Below are positions 27,506 to 36,122 of a DNA stretch of 64,000 nt, one piece after another. The notes below the pieces were generated by a model. The model was not told the DNA's origin, did no database searches, and saw nothing but the letters and a program-made list of their open reading frames with translations. Source of the DNA: a virus (Duplodnaviria > Heunggongvirae > Uroviricota > Caudoviricetes). The stretch's first letter is position 1, and each line of letters starts with the position of its first letter. The stretch is taken from positions 141,280 through 205,279 of IMG/VR virus record IMGVR_UViG_3300037487_000968. The stretch is one strand, 5' to 3'. The translations under genes and the position numbers were made by a program.

Positions 27506-27514
27506 ATTTTCTTT

Positions 27515-28015
27515 CTATTTAAATTCTACTAACGTAACTGTACCGTTTTTAGCGGTAACCAAATCATCAAACCATTCCAACAATGACAAGATTGTTTGTG
27601 GGTTACCACCTGCAAGGCCCATTCCAATCATTGGAAATCCAAATTTACACCCCGGGTATTGGTGTGCAAGTTTTTGCAGGATCATAGTAAATGATGTGTA
27701 TTCAAATACATCACCATTCTCCCCACCACTATTAAATCCATATTGTGTATATGCATTAATGATGTTGAATTGCTTGCCAAGCATAGTTGAGTAACAACCG
27801 AGTTTATCATAATCACCTGCATGTGAATACTTCACATCAGCTAAATACGCATCGGGATATCGTGCTTTAATCTCGCGAGCAATACCACTGCCCATAGTTT
27901 CAAAGCAGTTGCAACCTTGTACGATTATATTGAACTCACCTTGTTCAGCAAGATCAATCAAATTCCCTGTTACAACTTTCATGTTTTTACATTCCTGTGA
28001 AAAGCGGTACCGCAT
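27515..28015 (-). CDS. Macro-domain (ADP-ribose-binding/processing) protein
   Basis: VTGNLIDLAEQGEFNIIVQGCNCFETMGSGIAREI resembles the macro-domain core (GNL...VNAAN-like...GGGVxxAI). Confidence 0.5.
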   Translation of the reverse strand: MRYRFSQECKNMKVVTGNLIDLAEQGEFNIIVQGCNCFETMGSGIAREIKARYPDAYLADVKYSHAGDYDKLGCYSTMLGKQFNIINAYTQYGFNSGGENGDVFEYTSFTMILQKLAHQYPGCKFGFPMIGMGLAGGNPQTILSLLEWFDDLVTAKNGTVTLVEFK

Positions 28016-28127
28016 ACAATACCAAAAATCAAACTAAGGATACCGCCTGTTGTGACAAAGAAATAAGCATTCAGGGCAGTTGCGATTAGCATAAGCCAAG
28101 TCCAAATATCCCAATATTTTACAGGTA

Positions 28128-28328
28128 TCATTTTATTCCTTTTAAAGCATCTCTGCCTTGTTTAACTACAGTAGCAATATAATACAAAGTGCCATATTCA
28201 GTCAAGCGGTTTTGTGCTTGCTTGACACGCTCCTCGTCGCAAAACTCTGGAGCGTATGTATTTGTCCAATCATCTAAAGCAATTATAGCAGTTTTTAATG
28301 CATTACGCAAGGATTCAACTTCACTCAT
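28128..28328 (-). CDS. hypothetical small protein
   Basis: 66-aa ORF. Confidence 0.35.
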   Translation of the reverse strand: MSEVESLRNALKTAIIALDDWTNTYAPEFCDEERVKQAQNRLTEYGTLYYIATVVKQGRDALKGIK

Positions 28329-28785
28329 CTTTATCCTTAAATTCTATTTGCACACAGAATTTTTCCTTCCAGCTATTATAGGCATTTTTTATAAAACCGT
28401 CAGGTTTGGGCCGACTGTTCATTCGCCTATTGTATAGCCAATCGATTACCACCTTCGTGCCAATAATAAAACCACCAATACCAAGGACAATCATTGCCCC
28501 AACAGCCCAATCACTGAAGAACCATGTGCCCAGCATAATACTAAACCAGATGCCAAGCAAGAGGTGTGATACAATAAATCCGGCACCTGCGATAGCTACA
28601 CCTGCAAGTGTTAGCAGCAACAGCCCGCCCATGACATGCCTTGAGTATGTGCAGATATCTGCACTATCTCCGTATGTATAAAACTCACCATCGCTATATT
28701 TGCTAACGCTGGGCACTCTGTAGCTGGCCACTTTTGTAGCAAGCAAAAAGTGCCAGCTATTTGTATTAAATGTAAGTATTTTCAT
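28321..28785 (-). CDS. Membrane protein (start moved to the internal Met)
   Basis: The ORF runs 28321-28965, but the internal ATG at 28785 has an AAGGAA Shine-Dalgarno and avoids a 143-nt overlap with the lipoprotein gene. Two TM helices. Confidence 0.4.
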   Translation of the reverse strand: MKILTFNTNSWHFLLATKVASYRVPSVSKYSDGEFYTYGDSADICTYSRHVMGGLLLLTLAGVAIAGAGFIVSHLLLGIWFSIMLGTWFFSDWAVGAMIVLGIGGFIIGTKVVIDWLYNRRMNSRPKPDGFIKNAYNSWKEKFCVQIEFKDKDE

Positions 28786-28822
28786 TTTGTTTCCTTGTGT
28801 GACCGCGGGGTACACTGGATCT

Positions 28823-29053
28823 TCACTGTTTGGGCCCCCAGACCTTTTCAACTTTAAGTGATTCGGCATCCAATCCAGCACTTTCACACTTTTTAGTTTC
28901 GTTAATAATATCATCGTTTGATATTGGTTTCCACTGTGTAGTATCTTGTACATTTGTTTCTGCATTGGTGTCGGATGCAGGAGCAGATCTATTTTCCGAT
29001 TTTCCGCACCCGATCATCAATAATCCAACAAATATAACTAAAAACAATTTCAT
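28823..29053 (-). CDS. Lipoprotein
   Basis: Signal peptide with lipobox LMIGC. 76 aa. Confidence 0.5.
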   Translation of the reverse strand: MKLFLVIFVGLLMIGCGKSENRSAPASDTNAETNVQDTTQWKPISNDDIINETKKCESAGLDAESLKVEKVWGPKQ

Positions 29054-29256
29054 TTCTTTCCCTTTAGTTTATCTACAACTTTTTCCATATCGTAGAGTTG
29101 TTTACATTCTCTCGGCATACCCATGCTACCAACCACAGCACCGCAGTCATTGCATCTGTAGCTATAACTGGTGCTATCATGATCAAAGTATGCTACCGAA
29201 CCGCACAGAAGGACGATCGGTTTTGTATCATCTGCAGATGGAGTATCATACCTCAT
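29050..29256 (-). CDS. Zinc-ribbon small protein
   Basis: CGSVAYF...CNDCGAVVGSMGMPREC. 68 aa. Confidence 0.4.
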   Translation of the reverse strand: MRYDTPSADDTKPIVLLCGSVAYFDHDSTSYSYRCNDCGAVVGSMGMPRECKQLYDMEKVVDKLKGKK

Positions 29257-30335
29257 TCAACAGCCTCTTCCTCTACTTCATCTTCTGCCATTATTTCGTC
29301 ATACTCAGCTTTCTCGGCTTTAAGGATATCGAGTACTGTATTAGCAAGCAGGATATAACCATCTGCATCTTGACTCTGCCCACCTTGGCCAGATTGTTGT
29401 GTCCAAACCTTACGGGTATATCCCATAAAGGAGTTTACCCACGCACCAATAAGTGCTTCTTTAACAAAAGAAGCAAGCCCACCCCAATCTTCCTTCTCGA
29501 GATAGTCGTTAATATATTCTTTAACCCTAATTAAACCAAATGTATTGCTTTCGCCGCTATCGAAATAATTTAACCATTTGGTAGCAAGATTAGGACTATT
29601 CCATTCATCGCCACGTGACATCCTTCTCATTATGCGTGCCAGGACAGGATTATCTTCCTTCTTTGCGTCGTCTTCTTCTTTTTTCTTTTTGGCGATATAT
29701 TCCGGAATAGAATCTACAAGATCCTTAAAGTAGACACGGACATAATGATTATCATAACCTGCATTACCACCTTCACCGACATAATCCCCAATATACCATT
29801 TTTCCATGATGTTCTTAAAGATTTCACCGTGGATGATAACATGAGTAACTTGACGGAAGGTATCTTCCTGCCTAATCTTTGCTGACAAACGATCGAGTTC
29901 GAATTGTTGAGAATCAGTAAGACCATTACCCAGGCGCATCTTCTCAAGTTCGCCACGTTGGTACTCATTGGCATTCCACGAACGCAATTCTTGGATGCCT
30001 AAACGATCTTCGTGATCAGCTTCAAATAGCATATCAATATCGAAGTTATCCTTGTTCACTACTGTGTCATGGCAGGAATTGGGACCTTGCCCAAATTCGT
30101 AAATTCGTGCGCGGATTGCTTCAACGACAAGGTTCATCCCGAAACCGTAGCACTCTTCAACAGCACCGTAATCATTGTATTTGCCGTAGAAAGGAATCGG
30201 GCAAACATCATACAGAGCATTTCCATAACAGAAAGACCTCTTCTCCTTGTTTTCCAACAGCATAAAGACAGCCACATCAGTTCCGGCTGTGACGTGCAGA
30301 TTAGATACCGCACAAGTTCCATTCCATGATCCCAT
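29253..30335 (-). CDS. hypothetical protein with poly-acidic C-terminus
   Basis: 360-aa ORF. Confidence 0.5.
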   Translation of the reverse strand: MGSWNGTCAVSNLHVTAGTDVAVFMLLENKEKRSFCYGNALYDVCPIPFYGKYNDYGAVEECYGFGMNLVVEAIRARIYEFGQGPNSCHDTVVNKDNFDIDMLFEADHEDRLGIQELRSWNANEYQRGELEKMRLGNGLTDSQQFELDRLSAKIRQEDTFRQVTHVIIHGEIFKNIMEKWYIGDYVGEGGNAGYDNHYVRVYFKDLVDSIPEYIAKKKKEEDDAKKEDNPVLARIMRRMSRGDEWNSPNLATKWLNYFDSGESNTFGLIRVKEYINDYLEKEDWGGLASFVKEALIGAWVNSFMGYTRKVWTQQSGQGGQSQDADGYILLANTVLDILKAEKAEYDEIMAEDEVEEEAVE

Positions 30336-30655
30336 TATTTTGCTCCAAATTTAGATTGCAACCGTTCGAACTCTTTGCGTTCGCGTTCTTCTTGCATAGA
30401 TGCATTTGTTTTTTCATTCAGAATACGCTTATCATATTCGGCATCTGTTTCTTCGCGATTAATAGATACATTAAATCGCGGTGATGGACTTGAATCATAT
30501 TGGTACCAAAAATTTGGATCCCAACTAAGTCTTGCATCAATACCGTATTTGGCAATAAAATCTTCAATACGTGCTTTTACATTACCGAGTGTGCTCTCAA
30601 AGTCATATGGGGAAATATCTTCCACATCAACTGTGATTATTTGTTTCTTAGACAT
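30335..30655 (-). CDS. hypothetical protein (start trimmed to the internal Met)
   Basis: The internal ATG at 30655 has a GAAGGG Shine-Dalgarno and removes a 224-nt overlap with the 30648-31019 gene. Confidence 0.4.
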   Translation of the reverse strand: MSKKQIITVDVEDISPYDFESTLGNVKARIEDFIAKYGIDARLSWDPNFWYQYDSSPSPRFNVSINREETDAEYDKRILNEKTNASMQEERERKEFERLQSKFGAK

Positions 30656-31019
30656 ACAATGATACCCTTCCTTCAAAATTACCAAATCTATCACCGGGTG
30701 CTTTAGCATCGCATTCATCACAGAAGCGTTCTTGGTAATCTGGAAAATACTTTCCAACAACTTCCCAGATCTCATCCACACTTTCTGCTTCAACCATTGC
30801 ACAAGCAGTTCCATCACTGCGACTATGTTTATCCAAGAAGGCGTCGCCTTCATCTTCATCTTCATCTTCAATCTTTAAGTATTCGGCATGCTTCTCATCC
30901 GATAACCCATAATTAGGACGATCTCGTTGTCCGGACCACCAATATTGAAACGGTGGTTCATCAACACAACCTTCTTCTTCGTAGCCGCCGGAATACCAAC
31001 TAATCCAGTATCGTTGCAT
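30648..31019 (-). CDS. hypothetical acidic protein
   Basis: 123-aa ORF. Confidence 0.4.
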   Translation of the reverse strand: MQRYWISWYSGGYEEEGCVDEPPFQYWWSGQRDRPNYGLSDEKHAEYLKIEDEDEDEGDAFLDKHSRSDGTACAMVEAESVDEIWEVVGKYFPDYQERFCDECDAKAPGDRFGNFEGRVSLYV

Positions 31020-31021
31020 TA

Positions 31022-31363
31022 TTATCTTCCTATAAGTTTATCAACCATTTCCTCTTCGGAAATAAATACCTTCGCATCCTGTAAGAACTGTATCAACCCA
31101 TCTATGTCCATATCGAAGACAGTTATTACTTGTTTTGATCCTATCATATATGGATTGCTAACTTCTATAACCATATTCTTCTTTGATGTAACACTTAGTT
31201 TCAAAGTCTGCCTATTTGGCCAATGTTCCTCGTGCTTACACGAAATGCGATCCGACTGATAAGAATCTTCAGCAATTGATAAAAGTTCTAATGTAGGCAT
31301 AATAGGAAGAGGTTGTATGTCATTATAACATACAACCTTTGGTATTACAACAGGTGTTGCCAC
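31022..31363 (-). CDS. hypothetical protein
   Basis: 113-aa ORF. Confidence 0.4.
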   Translation of the reverse strand: MATPVVIPKVVCYNDIQPLPIMPTLELLSIAEDSYQSDRISCKHEEHWPNRQTLKLSVTSKKNMVIEVSNPYMIGSKQVITVFDMDIDGLIQFLQDAKVFISEEEMVDKLIGR

Positions 31364-31372
31364 CTGTGTTTC

Positions 31373-32596
31373 TTACTTAGCAGTCTTGCCCTTAGTGACA
31401 GACATATCAATACCCAGTTCACGGGCAGTCTTAGCAGTGAGCATTTCAACAAGCGCCGCAGCACCATTTCCACCTGCACCACTGTTACCCATCACCACAC
31501 TCGGAACCCAAGCGCCTTGATAGTTACCCATCGCCTCAGCATACGCCTTGGAGACTTCAACATACGCAGCAAGTTTTGTATCCAAAGCACCGTCAGCGTT
31601 CATTCGCAGAGCCTTAGCCTGTGCATCACCTTCACCACGAAGAATCTGTTCCTTCTTGTATTGTTCAGCAGCCTTTGCACCGAGAGTTGCCACGGCCACA
31701 GCCTTTTCAGCGAAAGCAATTTCCTTGGCGTTCAGTGTTTCTTGTTCCCACTTAGCCTTAGCCGCAGTTGCCTTACCTTGTTGCTCAGTTGTAATCGCAT
31801 CTTGTTCAGCCTTCTTTGCGTTGGCGATAGAGATTTGAACACCGGTTGTAGATTGTTGACGTTGCTTGATCTGGTCTTCAACGATCTGGTCGTACTTGAT
31901 TTCGTTGATTGAGACCGGCTGTAAAATGATGCCATACTTCGTAATCTGGGATTCAGATTCACGCATCGGCTGACCCTTGTCATTCATCGCAATCTGAACC
32001 ACAGCAACTTGCTTATCAGCACCAGTGATCGGATCCTTCTGTGTGACTGTAACAGTCTTTGTCAGATACGGGCCGTGAATCAACTGATCGTCAATGTACT
32101 TCGGAATCTCAGGACGCTTTTCAGCCGATGATTCAGTTGAACTCATTGTGGGTCCGACATTGTAAATCACCTTCTGCATAGCCGGGCGAATCAATTGCTG
32201 CTCAATGGCGCCGACTGATCCGAAGTCCTTGTGAAGCGCCACGATTTGTTCGTGCTTCAAAGGCATCTGCCAGTTCACTGTTCCGGAGATGTTACCGTGA
32301 CCACCGTCATTGAAGCGAGTGGAGATTGATTCATCAGTTGTCTTTCCCTGATCTTTCACGGAACTAAACGAGAACTGATCACGCCGTTGATACGTTGTAA
32401 CTTTGCCGAACGCCTGGGCTTTCCAACCGGGTTCAGTAAAAGTATTCAGATCGCCGCCAAGCGCCTGAATCACCATGAGGTTCTTCGCATCAAGATTTTC
32501 CACCAGCATTGGCAGACAGATAAGAGTTGCCAGAAATGCGATTCCTGCCAACGCCGCCGTAAGAATTCGGCGGGGTGTGACTGTGGGTGTGTTCAT
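31373..32596 (-). CDS. SPFH/Band-7 domain protein (stomatin/HflK/flotillin-like)
   Basis: N-terminal TM segment, SPFH-like core and a C-terminal Ala/Glu/Lys coiled-coil EQILRGEGDAQAKALRMNADG typical of the HflK/stomatin family. Confidence 0.6.
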   Translation of the reverse strand: MNTPTVTPRRILTAALAGIAFLATLICLPMLVENLDAKNLMVIQALGGDLNTFTEPGWKAQAFGKVTTYQRRDQFSFSSVKDQGKTTDESISTRFNDGGHGNISGTVNWQMPLKHEQIVALHKDFGSVGAIEQQLIRPAMQKVIYNVGPTMSSTESSAEKRPEIPKYIDDQLIHGPYLTKTVTVTQKDPITGADKQVAVVQIAMNDKGQPMRESESQITKYGIILQPVSINEIKYDQIVEDQIKQRQQSTTGVQISIANAKKAEQDAITTEQQGKATAAKAKWEQETLNAKEIAFAEKAVAVATLGAKAAEQYKKEQILRGEGDAQAKALRMNADGALDTKLAAYVEVSKAYAEAMGNYQGAWVPSVVMGNSGAGGNGAAALVEMLTAKTARELGIDMSVTKGKTAK

Positions 32597-32619
32597 ATAA
32601 AAATTTTCCTGTGTATAGT

Positions 32620-32886
32620 TTACGATTTAATCACTGTTTCAGCGATTTGCTTCTCAAGGGCAACTTGCTCTTGATTGATTTCGAACAGTCGTTTTTGCAA
32701 ACGATATAGTTCGGTTTTTTCTTCCAGTGCGTGCTCGGCGTTCTCGACTGCGACAAGCAGTGGCGTCACCTTACGGAACATTGGAAAGAAAGGGGTACTG
32801 AACAGGAAGGGCATTATCACTTGCGTGAGAAAACCTACGAATAGCACAAATGCTACAAGCCCGCCAATTAGTTCTAAAAATACCAT
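32620..32886 (-). CDS. Small membrane protein, NfeD-like partner of the SPFH protein
   Basis: 88 aa with an N-terminal TM helix, sitting immediately upstream of the SPFH gene as in bacterial NfeD-SPFH operons. Confidence 0.4.
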   Translation of the reverse strand: MVFLELIGGLVAFVLFVGFLTQVIMPFLFSTPFFPMFRKVTPLLVAVENAEHALEEKTELYRLQKRLFEINQEQVALEKQIAETVIKS

Positions 32887-32942
32887 ATAAACTCCTTTGT
32901 GTGTAGTGTATTATATGTAATCAACAATAAACGGTCAATTGG

Positions 32943-33191
32943 TTATAAATCTTGTTGATTGTCTTCAAAGTGTTTTGTAATTACTGAGGCAAAATATTCC
33001 CGACGATATCGGTCTTTGGTCATAATAACATCAGTACATTCTTTAATGATTAGTTCGGCAAATCTTTCATTATATAGTTGAAACCAGGTCTGGTTGAATG
33101 TATTGCGATCTGCTACACCTTCAGACGCCATTGCGTTGATTGGATCAAATGCCTGTTCAGCAAGTTCTTTAATTCGGTTGTTCATTACCAA
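32943..33191 (-). CDS. FAELI(V/I)KEC-family small protein
   Basis: RIKELAEQA...RFAELIIKEC...ITKHFEDNQQDL. Paralog of the gene at 10347-10556. Confidence 0.5.
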   Translation of the reverse strand: MVMNNRIKELAEQAFDPINAMASEGVADRNTFNQTWFQLYNERFAELIIKECTDVIMTKDRYRREYFASVITKHFEDNQQDL

Positions 33192-33379
33192 CCCTCTACG
33201 CCGGATACTTCAATCTTAAATTCGCCCTCTTCACCTTCGATTGTAGTCCGTATTGTCATAGAAGTTACTGATCCAATTCCGCTCGAATTATCTTGTTCAA
33301 CTAAGATGGTTTCGATATTAGGAAATTTATCCATAATCTCTACCATCTTCTTCAAATCATCTCTGTGTATGTACATCAT
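33185..33379 (-). CDS. hypothetical small protein
   Basis: 64 aa. Its start overlaps the stop of the upstream HFGVE gene. Confidence 0.4.
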   Translation of the reverse strand: MMYIHRDDLKKMVEIMDKFPNIETILVEQDNSSGIGSVTSMTIRTTIEGEEGEFKIEVSGVEGW

Positions 33380-33618
33380 TCAACTCCGAAATGTTTTGCT
33401 AACTCTTCCCCAACATCAACATCGTAGTAATGAACTGTGCCGGCATCGAGCCGTTCACTACCTTGATATAAGTCGTCACTCACTCGGATGCATTCCTGCA
33501 CAATAAGTTCTGCAAACTTACCAAGTTGAATCATGGCAAACTGATTGTCACCTTCTTGTGTGTTTTTATCTGCATACGCATAGGCTTGCTTTTGCAGGGC
33601 TAAAAGTCGTTCGTTCAT
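33376..33618 (-). CDS. HFGVE-family small protein
   Basis: MNERLLALQKQA...KFAELIVQEC...AKHFGVE. Confidence 0.5.
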   Translation of the reverse strand: MNERLLALQKQAYAYADKNTQEGDNQFAMIQLGKFAELIVQECIRVSDDLYQGSERLDAGTVHYYDVDVGEELAKHFGVE

Positions 33619-33803
33619 TCTTTTACTCCGAAATGTTTAAACATCGCAACTACCCCTTCATGATCGTGCCCGCAAAACTCACCACATTCCCGAACAATCA
33701 ACTCGGCGAACTTATCCGGATTGAACTCGTTTGCAGGGCCGTCGTCCCCATCCCAGTTAGGGTTGGTAGCTTGTTTTTTAAGTTCTTTTAATCGTTCATT
33801 CAT
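33615..33803 (-). CDS. HFGVE-family small protein (start at the internal MNE, not the 138-aa extended frame)
   Basis: MNERLKELKK...KFAELIVREC...KHFGVKE. Its ATG lies in an ATGAATGA overlap with the upstream gene's stop, inside the conserved junction cassette. Confidence 0.5.
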   Translation of the reverse strand: MNERLKELKKQATNPNWDGDDGPANEFNPDKFAELIVRECGEFCGHDHEGVVAMFKHFGVKE

Positions 33804-34077
33804 GCTTCGGCTCCATCCAATGTGACTTACCCTTGGTAAGCATTTTTTTGATAAACTCGGCCTCTTCCCACGAAGTGCATACCATCCTGATTGTGGATGA
33901 TCCGTGATATGTTTCATCCCAAAACCACAGTTTGTTTTCAGTCGGTGAGTAGCACAATTCGTACAGATGATCTGGTCTGCACCCATCTCCTTGCGGGCAC
34001 TGACATTGGTAGTAAGTGAAACCGGTACCATCTATGTATTCCTTCTCGTCCCGCCACTTTGTTTTAGGTTCATTCAT
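33796..34077 (-). CDS. Cys-rich small protein ending MEPKHE
   Basis: 93 aa. Starts MNE and ends MEPKHE at cassette copy 1. Confidence 0.45.
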   Translation of the reverse strand: MNEPKTKWRDEKEYIDGTGFTYYQCQCPQGDGCRPDHLYELCYSPTENKLWFWDETYHGSSTIRMVCTSWEEAEFIKKMLTKGKSHWMEPKHE

Positions 34078-34331
34078 GCTTCGGCTCCAAATAATTTACC
34101 AAACTCGTTCGCTTTATTCTTGTCTTTGAACCAGAACATATACTTGAATCCTGGACTACAAGAACACTCTTTCCCTGCCTTAAACTTATCCAGATTAAAC
34201 GAGTATGCGGACGACACTAATACCTCACCTGCTTCACGCAGCGGTTCAATATAGGTGATGATTTTCTCATTCTCGCCAGTCTCAGGATACGGACGAGGAA
34301 TATTGATGGTAAACAGAAATTCTTCATTCAT
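34074..34331 (-). CDS. Small protein ending KLFGAEA (frame-variant of the HFGVE end)
   Basis: 85 aa. Starts MNE. Its C-terminus is encoded by the same cassette read in another frame. Confidence 0.45.
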   Translation of the reverse strand: MNEEFLFTINIPRPYPETGENEKIITYIEPLREAGEVLVSSAYSFNLDKFKAGKECSCSPGFKYMFWFKDKNKANEFGKLFGAEA

Positions 34332-34542
34332 GCTTCGGCTCCAGACTACCGCGTTCTAACCAAAGCGCAATGGCATTGTTGGATGTGTGGGATACATGTT
34401 CAATCCCTTTACTATCCACAAAAATAATGTCTTTACCGTCAAACTTTAGGTGACCATTCTCTGGTCTGATGATCATGTCATACGAATCATTGTGTGTCAG
34501 AAAACCTAACACAACGGGCCGCAGGATTGTATATTCATTCAT
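34324..34542 (-). CDS. Small protein ending LEPKHE
   Basis: 72 aa. Starts MNE and has an 8-nt overlap with the downstream gene. Confidence 0.45.
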   Translation of the reverse strand: MNEYTILRPVVLGFLTHNDSYDMIIRPENGHLKFDGKDIIFVDSKGIEHVSHTSNNAIALWLERGSLEPKHE

Positions 34543-34741
34543 GCTTCGGCTCCATACCCTCTGGGTTTAACAGTTGAAAACAAACATACTCCTGGCAATC
34601 GCTGCCAGGGTCTCTTTTTTCTTTATGTAGGCGACACCAACCATCGCCAGTGTAACGACCCTCGGCGTCCGCATTAAAGTTATAGTAGGCACAGTGGTCA
34701 CAGCAAGTATAACCAGGGGCACAATCCGGACATAGTTTCAT
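34535..34741 (-). CDS. Cys-rich (zinc-binding) small protein ending MEPKHE
   Basis: CPDCAPGYTCCDHCAYY...CRLH. 68 aa. Confidence 0.45.
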   Translation of the reverse strand: MKLCPDCAPGYTCCDHCAYYNFNADAEGRYTGDGWCRLHKEKRDPGSDCQEYVCFQLLNPEGMEPKHE

Positions 34742-34935
34742 AGAATTTTCTTATTTAGAATACCAGCCTCTGCCAGTGAGTAGAAAGCAATAACTAGGTT
34801 GAACATCGGTACCATAGCGATCAACGCACTAATTAGTAAATCAGCAATAGTAAGATACCCTTGCTTCTTTCGTGTACTATAGAAAATACATACAAAAGAA
34901 AATAATACCATTAAAAAATAAAGTGTTCCCATCAT
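34738..34935 (-). CDS. Small two-TM membrane protein
   Basis: 65 aa and highly hydrophobic. Confidence 0.4.
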   Translation of the reverse strand: MMGTLYFLMVLFSFVCIFYSTRKKQGYLTIADLLISALIAMVPMFNLVIAFYSLAEAGILNKKIL

Positions 34936-35123
34936 TCGACTCCAAAATGTTTCTTCACGTCCTCGGGCCTGATGTTACCGTGGCCATCTGTCAACCCCAG
35001 GCACTCCTTGACAATAAGGTCAGCGAACATTCTGTAGTCGAAATCTCGCAATCCTTCGTGATCACTGCCGTAGGGAGCAATTAGACCGGCCTTTCTTGCT
35101 AGATCTCTTATATGATCAGTCAT
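34932..35123 (-). CDS. HFGVE-family small protein (start at internal Met MTDH)
   Basis: IRDLARKAGL...MFADLIVKEC...KKHFGVE. Has an 8-nt ATGACTGA overlap with the upstream stop. Confidence 0.5.
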   Translation of the reverse strand: MTDHIRDLARKAGLIAPYGSDHEGLRDFDYRMFADLIVKECLGLTDGHGNIRPEDVKKHFGVE

Positions 35124-35394
35124 ATACTTTCCAACAGTTGTTGTCGTAATCCCAATGCCGCGTATCATAAATTTTCACTTCCACGCCGTATCCGAACAGA
35201 CATAACTCCAACTGAGGGCCAGCGTGATCAGACTTAATCGACCATTGGCAATGTATCTTGGCAAGATCGTAAGAGTAGCGGCAAACTTCAAACTCCCACG
35301 CTTTGTGCTTAGTAATTAAACCAGAACGGCAGAATAGATTTTCAAAGTTTTCCGTATACCACGGATTAATCAAACTGAGTCGTATGTCAAACAT
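35116..35394 (-). CDS. hypothetical protein
   Basis: 92-aa ORF. Confidence 0.4.
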   Translation of the reverse strand: MFDIRLSLINPWYTENFENLFCRSGLITKHKAWEFEVCRYSYDLAKIHCQWSIKSDHAGPQLELCLFGYGVEVKIYDTRHWDYDNNCWKVYD

Positions 35395-35599
35395 TTAAGT
35401 TATTGGCTTCGTTAAGATCGCCATCCATTACTTCAAGCGTGCCATCAAACTTGTAACCAATGCCTCTCATCCAATCCTCGATGTGCGTGAGCAATTCTGG
35501 CCAAGTTTGCTCACCGGTGATGATATGCTTTATTTCACGACCTGGGCCAAAGGATGTAACTTCGTCATCTTCATATATAAATGTATATTTGCTTGTCAT
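35387..35599 (-). CDS. hypothetical protein
   Basis: 70-aa ORF. Confidence 0.35.
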   Translation of the reverse strand: MTSKYTFIYEDDEVTSFGPGREIKHIITGEQTWPELLTHIEDWMRGIGYKFDGTLEVMDGDLNEANNLNV

Positions 35600-35600
35600 G

Positions 35601-36122
35601 TTATTTCTCGATTGAAAATTTTGCTATTGCTTCTCTGAGGATATGTTCAACATAGTGGTTGAGCGTCATATCAGCTTCGTGCGCTTTTGTCATCAGAAGG
35701 AACTTAGTATCATCATCTAAATCTAGTGTTACTAACACTCGTGTATCATATTCTTCGCCAGCAGCAATAGCAGCAGCCTTCTCTAGGATGTCTTCTTCGA
35801 CATCCAGATCGATGAACTTGCTACCATCAATGGATTCTTCAAAATCTACTCCGCGACTTTTCGCTTCAGCTTTATGCGCTTCAACATAATCGGGATGAAT
35901 CCAGCGATATTCCCGATGATTACTATAATCCCATGCTTGCATTTCATAAACTACCTGGGTCTTTGTATCAAATATGACATTTACTGTATGTCCATCTTCG
36001 TCATATTTCTGATTCCAGTAATCCATGTTATAAGCATTAGGCCCATAACATTTCCAACCATAAGTGCTACCCTCGGTAACTTTATACTGAGTGCATTCCA
36101 TAAAATCTTTAAGTGTAATCAT
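35601..36122 (-). CDS. hypothetical protein
   Basis: 173-aa ORF. Confidence 0.45.
   Translation of the reverse strand: MITLKDFMECTQYKVTEGSTYGWKCYGPNAYNMDYWNQKYDEDGHTVNVIFDTKTQVVYEMQAWDYSNHREYRWIHPDYVEAHKAEAKSRGVDFEESIDGSKFIDLDVEEDILEKAAAIAAGEEYDTRVLVTLDLDDDTKFLLMTKAHEADMTLNHYVEHILREAIAKFSIEK

Larger units (their letters stand above)
33795..34554 (-). repeat. Four copies of a 21-nt gene-junction cassette TTCATTCATGCTTCGGCTCCA (plus strand) at 33795-33815, 34069-34089, 34323-34343 and 34534-34554
   Basis: Exact 21-mer at four consecutive gene boundaries. On the minus strand it reads TGGAGCCGAAGCATGAATGAA, comprising a GGAG Shine-Dalgarno, an ATG and overlapping TGA stops. Confidence 0.8.

Noticed and set aside
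33615-34031. 138-aa extended ORF running through the neighbouring gene in another frame
   Set aside because: The internal MNERLKELKK start at 33803 fits the family N-terminus and the ATGAATGA junction rule. The extension overlaps 33796-34077 by 236 nt and has no family similarity.
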